DNA of 26,444 nt, taken from IMG/VR virus record IMGVR_UViG_3300020045_001018, positions 1 to 26,444 of that record. One strand, given 5' to 3'. This DNA comes from a virus (lineage: Duplodnaviria; Caudoviricetes). The number at the start of each line of letters is the position of its first letter. Position 1 is the first letter of the stretch. A program made the translations under genes and the position numbers. A model generated the notes under the pieces. That model saw only the letters and a program-made list of their open reading frames with translations, did not search any database and was not told the origin of the DNA. Shown here one piece after another: positions 9,576 through 17,130 of this stretch.

Positions 9576-10499
9576 ATGACAATGAAAGTAATTAAACCCA
9601 CAACTATAACAGATGCAATGTTCGTTAGTTCCACTATTCCAGAAACGGACTACACAGCATGGAATCCAGCTACGAGTTATACAGTTGGTACTAGAGTAAT
9701 GAGAGCAGTTAGTGGTGTACACAGAAACTTTGAGAATTTAATTGCAGGGGTAAATGCCACTCTCCCTGAATTAGCTACAACCGGTGCTACGCCTAGATGG
9801 TTGGACTTAGGTGCAACCAATCGTTGGGCTATGTTTGATAGTAAAGTTGGAACAGTAAGTTCTGCTTCTTTAACTTTTACAACTATTCTAACACCCGGTA
9901 GTATCTCAGGAATAGCTGCTTTAAATTTAATGGGTAAAGAACTGCAGATTACCATGAAAAATGTAGTAGGAGGTAGTGTAGTCTATAATAAAACTGTCAA
10001 CCTTGATGGTACTATTATAACGAGTTTTTATGAGTGGTTCTTTGAGGACTACCAACAACTTTCAGATATAACCCTAACGGACTTGCCTTCACAGTACACA
10101 TCACCAGAGGTTACATTCAAGATAACTTCGACTGCTGGATCAGTTAGCTGTGGAACTTACTCACTTGGTAAAGTATATACACTTGGCTTATCTCAGTATG
10201 GTGCCAGTGTAGGTATTATTTCTTACTCAGTAAAATCAACTGATGTATTCGGAAATGTATCAGTTGTTAAACGACAGAACTCCAAAAGAAATAGTCTAAA
10301 ACTAATGACAGAGAAAGCACTATTTAATCGTACATATAATCTACTAGCTGACCTAGATTCAGTGCCTTGTGTATATATTGGCGCTGAAGCAATAGGATAT
10401 GAACCATTAATTGTCTACGGTTTCTGGAAGGATTTCTCAATTGATGTAGCGTATCCAACAATGAATTTAACTAACATAGAAATAGAGGGGCTTATCTAA
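9576..10499 (+). CDS. Tail tip / distal tail-like protein with short carbohydrate-binding-like insertion
   Basis: First gene after TMP, beta-rich. AWNPATSYTVGTRV...W resembles a CBM5/12-like element. C-terminal YS..STDVFGN..VVKR motif. Confidence 0.6.
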   Translation: MTMKVIKPTTITDAMFVSSTIPETDYTAWNPATSYTVGTRVMRAVSGVHRNFENLIAGVNATLPELATTGATPRWLDLGATNRWAMFDSKVGTVSSASLTFTTILTPGSISGIAALNLMGKELQITMKNVVGGSVVYNKTVNLDGTIITSFYEWFFEDYQQLSDITLTDLPSQYTSPEVTFKITSTAGSVSCGTYSLGKVYTLGLSQYGASVGIISYSVKSTDVFGNVSVVKRQNSKRNSLKLMTEKALFNRTYNLLADLDSVPCVYIGAEAIGYEPLIVYGFWKDFSIDVAYPTMNLTNIEIEGLI

Positions 10500-11332
10500 T
10501 GCCAATTACTGCTTTACCTTCGCTTGATAGAACAAGCGCAACATTTAGAACGGATGTTGACACTTTCTTTGGTACTAAAATACCCACATTCTCTGTAGAA
10601 GCAGAAGCTGCTAGAGTGGAAATGAATAGCAACGTAAGCACCGCAACTACGGCAGCGTCAACTGCTACTGCACAGGTTGTACTTGCTACTACACAGGCTG
10701 CACTTGCGAACAACAGCGCAATTATAGCAGTGAATGCACCGGGAACTTCAGCAACAAGCACAAGCAGCTTACTTGTTGGGTCTGGAAGTAAGACCTTGAC
10801 TGTTCAGACAGGAAAATCCATTGTTAGTGGAATGACAGTGAAGATTGCATACTCTGTCAGCCCCAGTACTTGGATGCTTGGTGATGTTCTCTCTTATAAC
10901 TCAGGCACTGGCGCATTAACTGTGCAGGTTCAATCGTTCACTAATAGCGGTACTTTTAGTGATTGGGTTGTGAGCTTAAGCGCACCCGGTGGTGCCACCT
11001 TGGCTGGAACTGAAACATTCACCAATAAAACTATCATTGAGACTGTTTTTGCATTAACTGGTAGTACCCCTGTTTTACTTGCTACTAATGGGGCAGTTCA
11101 GACTTGGGCATTGAGTGCTAATAGTACACCTACTGAGTCATTAACATCAGGACAAAGTATCATTCTGGTTATTACACCGGGTGCTTTCACGATTACATGG
11201 CCTACAACTGTCTGGACAAAACAAGGTGGCTCCGGCGCTGCCCCGACACTGTTTAGTGCAGGTAAAACCACAGTTGTATTGTGGAAAGTCAACAGTACAT
11301 TGTACGGTAGTCATCTTGGAGATACTGTATGA
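10499..11332 (+). CDS. Tail fibre / tail-associated structural protein
   Basis: Thr/Ser/Ala-rich with an N-terminal helical segment and ETFTNKTI fibre-like motif. Translationally coupled (TAATG / ATGA overlaps). Confidence 0.65.
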   Translation: MPITALPSLDRTSATFRTDVDTFFGTKIPTFSVEAEAARVEMNSNVSTATTAASTATAQVVLATTQAALANNSAIIAVNAPGTSATSTSSLLVGSGSKTLTVQTGKSIVSGMTVKIAYSVSPSTWMLGDVLSYNSGTGALTVQVQSFTNSGTFSDWVVSLSAPGGATLAGTETFTNKTIIETVFALTGSTPVLLATNGAVQTWALSANSTPTESLTSGQSIILVITPGAFTITWPTTVWTKQGGSGAAPTLFSAGKTTVVLWKVNSTLYGSHLGDTV

Positions 11333-13251
11333 GTTTAACTGCTAAGTTACTTTCTGCTTCTGGTGGAGGCGTGGATAAGTTATACTCGGATGATGTATTC
11401 AGTGCATACACCTACACAGGTAATGGCTCTACACAGACGATCAATAACGGAATTGATTTGGCTGGGAAGGGCGGGTTGGTTTGGTCGAAAGGGAGAAGTA
11501 TAGCCTTCTCAAACTATCTTACAGATACGGTTCGTGGTGCTGCGAATAATTTAAGTTCAGATGTAACTGCTGCTCAAAGTGCGGATAGTTACTACTCTGG
11601 GTTTAATTCAAATGGTTACGGAATAAACGGGGCAGGTGCGCTTAATAGTAATGCGAATACTTATGTCTCATGGACCTTCCGCAAAGCCCCCAAATTCTTC
11701 GATGTGGTGACTTATACGGGGAATGGAGTAGCCACTAGGGATATACCGCACTCTCTCGGCATTTACCCCGGAATGATTATTTGGAAAAGAACTGATGCCG
11801 CCAGCGATTGGCTGGTTAGAACGAGAACGACTGCGGGTTCTAGTGATGGGTTTTTAAGACTTAATACTACAGCAGCCAAAGCTACTGAGATTGGCGTGGG
11901 TTATGGATCATCTACTGTCTTTAGTGTCAGCGCAGCAACAACATCTGGGGTTTGGAATATCAACGGCGCAACCTACGTAGCCTACCTATTCGCCCACGAC
12001 CCCAGTGCTGACGGGATTATTCAGTGCGGGAGTTATGTGGCTGACGGTTCTGCAACAACAACGGTGACGTTGGGGTGGGAGCCGCAATTTATTATTACAA
12101 AGGCAGCAACAGGGGGTGCAGCGCAGTGGTATATGGTTGACGCTAGCCGAGGGTTGGGGGCGCAAACTTACTCTGCGCTTTATGCAAATTTGAACAACAG
12201 TGAGGCCGCATCAGCGACAGGCATGGGCATCACAGCAACAGGCTTTGCTACTAACGGTTTGGCTGGCGGTGGATCGCAAACCCACATCTACTGCGCCATC
12301 CGACGCCCCAACAAACCCCCCACACTGGGCACGCAGGTTTACAACGCGATTGCTCGGACGGGTACTGGGGCTGCTGCTACGGTTACTGGGGTGGGGTTTG
12401 CACCGGATTTACATATTGGGAGCGGCAGAACTACTAACTATTCAGTATTTGAGGACAGGTTGCGAGGTGCCACCAAGTATTTGCATTCAATGTATACACA
12501 GGTTGAGACAGCAGATGCGAACCTAGTAACTGCATTCAACATGGACGGGGTGACGCTCGGCACAGACGCCAGCGGATTGAAAATCAATTCAAGTGGAGAG
12601 GGGGTTATCAACCACTTCTTCAAACGCGCTCCGGGTGTGTTTGATGTGGTTTGTTGGCCTGGGGATGGTACAGATGGTAAAGCTATTAACCACAGCTTAA
12701 ATGCAGTTCCTGAGATGGTTATTTACAAAGTAAGAAACTTGAGTGGTTATTGGATTACAAAACACACAGGTATAACTAACGGAAAAGTGCTTGAATTAAA
12801 CTCAACAGCAGTCCCTTGGACATACTCAACATTACTGTCTGCAAGTACAAATAGCACATTCTTGGTTAATGGTTCTGGGAGCCCTAACTATGACTCCAAT
12901 AATTCCGGCTACACATACGTATCCTACCTATTCGCCACCAAAGCAGGTATCAGCAAAGTCGGCAGCTACACCGGCAACGGCGGCACACAAACCATTAACT
13001 GCGGCTTCACAACCGGTTCTCGCTTCGTGATGATCAAGCGCACTGACTCAACTGGCGATTGGTACGTTTGGGATTCAGTACGTGGAATTGTAGCAGGAAA
13101 CGACCCTCATTTATCCCTTAATACAACTGCTGCTGAAGTTACTACTGACGACAGTATTGATCCCAGTAGCTCTGGATTTATAGTCAACCAAGTAGCTGCT
13201 ACCAATATTAATGTTAATGCAGCAAGTTATATCTTTTTATCTTTTGCTTAA
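11329..13251 (+). CDS. Repetitive tail fibre / receptor-binding protein (six ~100-aa beta modules, DUF7483-like)
   Basis: Modules start with FSAYTYTGNG, FDVVTYTGNG, IQCGSYVADG, YNAIARTGTG, FDVVCWPGDG and SKVGSYTGNG. They end with YV.W/Y.F-type strands. Confidence 0.7.
   Translation: MSLTAKLLSASGGGVDKLYSDDVFSAYTYTGNGSTQTINNGIDLAGKGGLVWSKGRSIAFSNYLTDTVRGAANNLSSDVTAAQSADSYYSGFNSNGYGINGAGALNSNANTYVSWTFRKAPKFFDVVTYTGNGVATRDIPHSLGIYPGMIIWKRTDAASDWLVRTRTTAGSSDGFLRLNTTAAKATEIGVGYGSSTVFSVSAATTSGVWNINGATYVAYLFAHDPSADGIIQCGSYVADGSATTTVTLGWEPQFIITKAATGGAAQWYMVDASRGLGAQTYSALYANLNNSEAASATGMGITATGFATNGLAGGGSQTHIYCAIRRPNKPPTLGTQVYNAIARTGTGAAATVTGVGFAPDLHIGSGRTTNYSVFEDRLRGATKYLHSMYTQVETADANLVTAFNMDGVTLGTDASGLKINSSGEGVINHFFKRAPGVFDVVCWPGDGTDGKAINHSLNAVPEMVIYKVRNLSGYWITKHTGITNGKVLELNSTAVPWTYSTLLSASTNSTFLVNGSGSPNYDSNNSGYTYVSYLFATKAGISKVGSYTGNGGTQTINCGFTTGSRFVMIKRTDSTGDWYVWDSVRGIVAGNDPHLSLNTTAAEVTTDDSIDPSSSGFIVNQVAATNINVNAASYIFLSFA
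11974..12936 (+). repeat. Direct repeat pair inside the fibre gene (20/21 nt), 942 nt apart
   Basis: TACGTAGCCTACCTATTCGCC (11974-11994) vs TACGTATCCTACCTATTCGCC (12916-12936). GATGTGGT at 11701 and 12643 is also 942 nt apart. Confidence 0.85.
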
Positions 13252-13258
13252 GGAAATC

Positions 13259-13801
13259 ATGAAATACATAAACACAGAATCACTTCTTGTTCACTCAGAA
13301 CAAGAAATCCGAAATCTTTACCCTAATACATCCTTTGGTGTTCCATTCATTGCTCCTGATGAGTACGCCGTAGTCTTTAGCACCCCAAAGCCCAACTTCA
13401 ATCCTGTTACTCAGGTGGTACAAGAGAGTGCCCCTACACTGACTCCAAAAGGCCACTGGGGGGAATCTTGGGTAATCCAAGAGCTACCCATTGACTTGAT
13501 TGAAAAGAACAAACAAGAGGCTCTGGTGGCTTCTCAGAAGGTAGAGGCTGATCGTATTGCTTCTTTGTGGTCATCTGCACATGATTATGAATTCCAGCAA
13601 GTAAGCGGTAGTGCTATTGGATTATTAGCTATTGGAGTAATGCAGGGATTACCTAAGTGCCTAGCGGTCCAGTCATGGATTAAATCAATATGGACTCTCT
13701 ACTACACTAGAAAGGCTACAGGTAGTACTGACTTTGATTTTAGTGAAGTCAAGGATTGTCCTCATTCGGTTCCTGAGTTGATGCAGGAATTAGGACTATA
13801 A
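13259..13801 (+). CDS. Putative tail fibre assembly/chaperone protein
   Basis: ATG at 13259 with AAGGAA RBS (preferred over the TTG/ATG call at 13211). LYPNTSF...P.FNPVTQ.V.E..P motif is typical of genes that follow phage fibres. Confidence 0.55.
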   Translation: MKYINTESLLVHSEQEIRNLYPNTSFGVPFIAPDEYAVVFSTPKPNFNPVTQVVQESAPTLTPKGHWGESWVIQELPIDLIEKNKQEALVASQKVEADRIASLWSSAHDYEFQQVSGSAIGLLAIGVMQGLPKCLAVQSWIKSIWTLYYTRKATGSTDFDFSEVKDCPHSVPELMQELGL

Positions 13802-13811
13802 AGGAACCAAA

Positions 13812-14411
13812 ATGTTAAATAAACTAATACTAGCCTCTGCCCTAACCCTTGGGTTAGTTGGGTGTGCTTCACCTGATTATCTTCAGTACAGTAAATCAAT
13901 GCAAGAGATAGCTGCATCAAAGAACTCCGCAGATACGGAAAAGTACAAAGCACTTGCCTCTATTGCTTCCTCTGGTGACAGTACAGCTAAGGTAGCTGCT
14001 GTAATGGCTCTGAGTTCAATGGGCAGCACTACCCAAGGTACTTCATCTTTAATGCAACCACAGCCCAATACGGCCCTTCAGTGGGCTTCTATTTTAGTGC
14101 CGGGGTTAACTCAAGTTGCAGGTATGCGTTATAACTACATGAGTCAATCAGTTAGTTCCAATAATGCTACAGCCTTGGGTATTAGCACCAACAGTACATT
14201 CAGTGCTATTGCGGGTAAAATCCAAGCACCTACTGTGATCAATACATTAAGCGGCACAGGTACTCTTGGCTCTGGTGCTTATAGTACATCCGATAATCAC
14301 TCCACCTTAACAGAAGCTCCTTTTGCAGTTCCTACTGTAATTCAACCTACTGTTATTACTCCAGTTACTGTTATTGAACCCACTGTCATAACCCCAGTGT
14401 TTAAGGAATAA
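13812..14411 (+). CDS. Lipoprotein of unknown function
   Basis: Signal peptide with lipobox MLNKLILASALTLGLVG-C, AAGGAA RBS, and C-terminal PTVI repeats. Confidence 0.8.
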   Translation: MLNKLILASALTLGLVGCASPDYLQYSKSMQEIAASKNSADTEKYKALASIASSGDSTAKVAAVMALSSMGSTTQGTSSLMQPQPNTALQWASILVPGLTQVAGMRYNYMSQSVSSNNATALGISTNSTFSAIAGKIQAPTVINTLSGTGTLGSGAYSTSDNHSTLTEAPFAVPTVIQPTVITPVTVIEPTVITPVFKE

Positions 14412-14412
14412 T

Positions 14413-15411
14413 ATGAGTACAGATAATACAAGCACAAATTTCAACATAACTAAAACAGTCCCAAGTACTCCTGATGAACGAGATTATATCTACGTACCAA
14501 AGGAGACTGTACCTTATTCTGCATCTCTAAAGGACAGCGTAGGATTCATTGAGGATCAAGGTCAGATTGGGAGTTGTACAGCAAATGCTACCTGTAGTGC
14601 TGTTGAGTTAATACTGAAGAGTGCCAATTCCGAAAGGGACATTAGTAGGTTGTTTAATTATTACTGTTCAAGAGATCGTGATAATCTGCTAGGTCAGGAA
14701 GGTGCTACCCTGCGTAGCGCAATTAAAGCTGCTGCTAATGAAGGATTACCTCTTGAGGCAGTTTACCCATACATTCCTGAAATTAGGGACCAGAAACCGC
14801 CCCAGTCAGTCTATGATATCGCTAAAGAAACACGTTTATTGAAGTACGAGAAGATCGTAACAAAGAACGATGAATTCCTAAGTATGTACAAAGCTATTAA
14901 GAGTGCTATTTCTGAAGGATACCCTGTAGTAGTTGCTATGCGTATTTCAGATCAGTTCTTGAGTTTAAAAGGTAAGACCTCTCAAGAAATGAACTATTTA
15001 GGTTGTCCTTTATGGGGAATCCCTTACCCTTACAAGTACGCAGGTAATCACGCTGTGATAATCACAGGATACTCAGGAGATCAAATAGACATTGAAAATA
15101 GCTGGGGAACATCTTGGGGTGATAACGGAATTGGTTATATTGCATCTACTACTCTAGACAGTGACGTGTATGAAGCATGGGTAATCAAGGGTTTTGCTGA
15201 AGTTAATCTGGAGCCAATTAAACCTGTTGAACCCTTTGTTACTGACCCACTTGATGTCCTTGTATGGTATAACCAAGTCTGGAGGATGGATGTGACCTCT
15301 CCCTTGGATGAGGGTGTTCTTTACTGGGCAAGACATCCCGGAGGTAAGAACGCCTTTTTATTGCATTGGAAATATCTAGTTCAACTCAAGTGCGATGAGT
15401 TAATGAGTTAA
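14413..15411 (+). CDS. Papain-family (C1) cysteine peptidase
   Basis: PDERD N-terminal motif, DQGQIGSCTANA (oxyanion Gln and catalytic Cys), GNHAVIITGY (His), ENSWGTSWGDNG (Asn). Confidence 0.9.
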   Translation: MSTDNTSTNFNITKTVPSTPDERDYIYVPKETVPYSASLKDSVGFIEDQGQIGSCTANATCSAVELILKSANSERDISRLFNYYCSRDRDNLLGQEGATLRSAIKAAANEGLPLEAVYPYIPEIRDQKPPQSVYDIAKETRLLKYEKIVTKNDEFLSMYKAIKSAISEGYPVVVAMRISDQFLSLKGKTSQEMNYLGCPLWGIPYPYKYAGNHAVIITGYSGDQIDIENSWGTSWGDNGIGYIASTTLDSDVYEAWVIKGFAEVNLEPIKPVEPFVTDPLDVLVWYNQVWRMDVTSPLDEGVLYWARHPGGKNAFLLHWKYLVQLKCDELMS

Positions 15412-15415
15412 TAAA

Positions 15416-15673
15416 ATGAAGACCTATTTACTGCATAACGCAATAGCAGTAGATCAGATGTTTAACACTCTACTTGGTGGTTCTCCAGACGAGACACTAT
15501 CAAGTAGAGCCTATAGAACAGAGCAGCAAAGGAAATTATTCGGTAGGTTCTTTAGACCCTTGATTGACTTGTTGTTCTTTTTCGATCCTTTGCATTGTTA
15601 CACATCTTATTTAGCTGAATCCACGCGTAGACAATTGCCTCCTAATTTCCTGATTATAACAAAGATAGACTAG
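15416..15673 (+). CDS. Conserved small phage protein of unknown function
   Basis: IAVDQMFNTLLGGSPDETLSSRAYR...IDLLFF..HC motif, a type recurrent near phage tail/lysis genes. Confidence 0.65.
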   Translation: MKTYLLHNAIAVDQMFNTLLGGSPDETLSSRAYRTEQQRKLFGRFFRPLIDLLFFFDPLHCYTSYLAESTRRQLPPNFLIITKID

Positions 15674-15678
15674 ATAAC

Positions 15679-16089
15679 ATGCCAATTCAAAATAAACAAA
15701 ATAATTTAACCGAAGAACAAAGGACAGAGAACTACAGAAATCATTCAGATGTTAGTATGCAACTGGTAATAGATCGTCTTAGTCTTTTACACGAGGACGT
15801 AGGTGAACTAAGGGACGATACTAAAGCATCAATGAAGGAAATGGCAAACGCTGTAACTAAGTTAGTACTTATTGAAGAACGTCAAACTCAAATGAATGAA
15901 GCATACAGGAACTTCACTAACCAATTAGAGAAATCAGAAATCAGGACTAATACTCTTGAGGCTCGTATTGATCTACTGGAGAAAGAACAGCCCATGACAA
16001 AGCAAGTTGTTAACTGGGTTATTTATGCTGTTGGTGCTATTGTAGTCGCTAGTTGCACATATTTACTCAAAGCTCTGGGTTTCATGTAA
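15679..16089 (+). CDS. Coiled-coil protein with C-terminal transmembrane helix; holin/antiholin candidate
   Basis: Heptad-rich region followed by VVNWVIYAVGAIVVASCTYLL, immediately upstream of the endolysin. Confidence 0.5.
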   Translation: MPIQNKQNNLTEEQRTENYRNHSDVSMQLVIDRLSLLHEDVGELRDDTKASMKEMANAVTKLVLIEERQTQMNEAYRNFTNQLEKSEIRTNTLEARIDLLEKEQPMTKQVVNWVIYAVGAIVVASCTYLLKALGFM

Positions 16090-16090
16090 T

Positions 16091-16567
16091 ATGCAAGATA
16101 GCACTAAGAAAAAGATAGCAGCATTCTTGGTAAGTATTGGTTTAGCCACAGGTGTAGCTAACTACGAAGGATTTAGGGACACAGCGTATGTTCCTGTGCC
16201 GGGAGATAAGATCACATATGGCTCGGGTTTTACTACACGAGAGGATGGTTCTCCTGTTCAGTTCGGAGATAGGATTACACGATCTGAGTCTGACGTAAGA
16301 TTAACAAAGGACCTTTATAGTTATAGAGTGCGAATAGGTCAGTGTATTAAGGTGCCAGTATCCGAGGGTCAAGCTAACGCATTTACTTCGTTGTCATTCA
16401 ACATAGGTACTGGAGCATTCTGCAATAGTACTTTAGTTAAGAAGCTCAATCAATATGATTACACAGGAGCTTGTCAGGAGATTCTTAAATGGGATCGCTT
16501 TCAGAATAAGCCTCTGAAGGGATTAACAATACGTAGACAAGGAGAGTATAAACAATGTTTAAGTTAA
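16091..16567 (+). CDS. Endolysin, GH24 lysozyme with SAR-like N-terminus
   Basis: KKKIAAFLVSIGLATGVAN precedes catalytic EG. Also GDKITYGSGFT, AFTSLSFNIGTGAFCNSTLVKKLN and LKGLTIRRQGE. Confidence 0.92.
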   Translation: MQDSTKKKIAAFLVSIGLATGVANYEGFRDTAYVPVPGDKITYGSGFTTREDGSPVQFGDRITRSESDVRLTKDLYSYRVRIGQCIKVPVSEGQANAFTSLSFNIGTGAFCNSTLVKKLNQYDYTGACQEILKWDRFQNKPLKGLTIRRQGEYKQCLS

Positions 16568-17082
16568 TGAGTGCACCATCAGTGTACTACAAGTTCATTG
16601 GGATTGTAGTCATTGTGCTTGGATTAATATTCTGGCACACCACTGAGACTAAGCTCAAAGTACAGGCTGCACAATCAGCGGTTCGTCTTGAGTTAGTACA
16701 GCAGTACAACAAACAAACAACGGAGCTAACAGCACAGTCAACTAAAGTACAGACTGAGCTACAGGCCAAGGTAACCACCCAACAAAAGGAACACAATGCT
16801 AAAGTACATAACCTCAATCTGCGTATTACTGATCTGTCTAACAGCTTGTCAGACCGCCCCAAGCGTCCCTCCAGCGATGGCAATCTACCCGGAGGTACCC
16901 AAGATGGAACAAGCGCCAAAGGAGCTACTGGAGCGGGATTATATCAAGATGATGGAGCTTTTCTTGTCAGGTACGCTGGATACACCGAAGAATTAAAACT
17001 GAATCTGCTTATGTGCTATAAGCAATATGATACTGCAAAAGAGACACTGGATAAATTCAAATTGGATAACGCAAAGAAGTAA
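16555..17082 (+). CDS. Rz-like inner-membrane spanin (i-spanin)
   Basis: N-terminal TM helix (FIGIVVIVLGLIFW), coiled coil, Pro/Gly linker and late Cys. Follows the endolysin. Confidence 0.8.
   Translation: MFKLMSAPSVYYKFIGIVVIVLGLIFWHTTETKLKVQAAQSAVRLELVQQYNKQTTELTAQSTKVQTELQAKVTTQQKEHNAKVHNLNLRITDLSNSLSDRPKRPSSDGNLPGGTQDGTSAKGATGAGLYQDDGAFLVRYAGYTEELKLNLLMCYKQYDTAKETLDKFKLDNAKK
16796..16996 (+). CDS. Rz1-like outer-membrane lipoprotein spanin (o-spanin), embedded in Rz in the +1 frame
   Basis: AAGGAA RBS, MLKYITSICVLLICLTA-C lipobox, Pro-rich mature part. Confidence 0.8.
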   Translation: MLKYITSICVLLICLTACQTAPSVPPAMAIYPEVPKMEQAPKELLERDYIKMMELFLSGTLDTPKN

Positions 17083-17130
17083 TCGCAATGTACCACAGCA
17101 CTACTCAATATAAAGAAATTAAGGAATAAT

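Noticed and set aside
11329-13251. Diversity-generating retroelement target/template pair
   Set aside because: No reverse transcriptase in the window and no ~100-nt repeat pair differing at adenines. The repeat found is 21 nt with a G/T difference.
13211-13258. Longer N-terminus for the 13211-13801 ORF
   Set aside because: It overlaps the fibre gene, and the ATG at 13259 has a good RBS.
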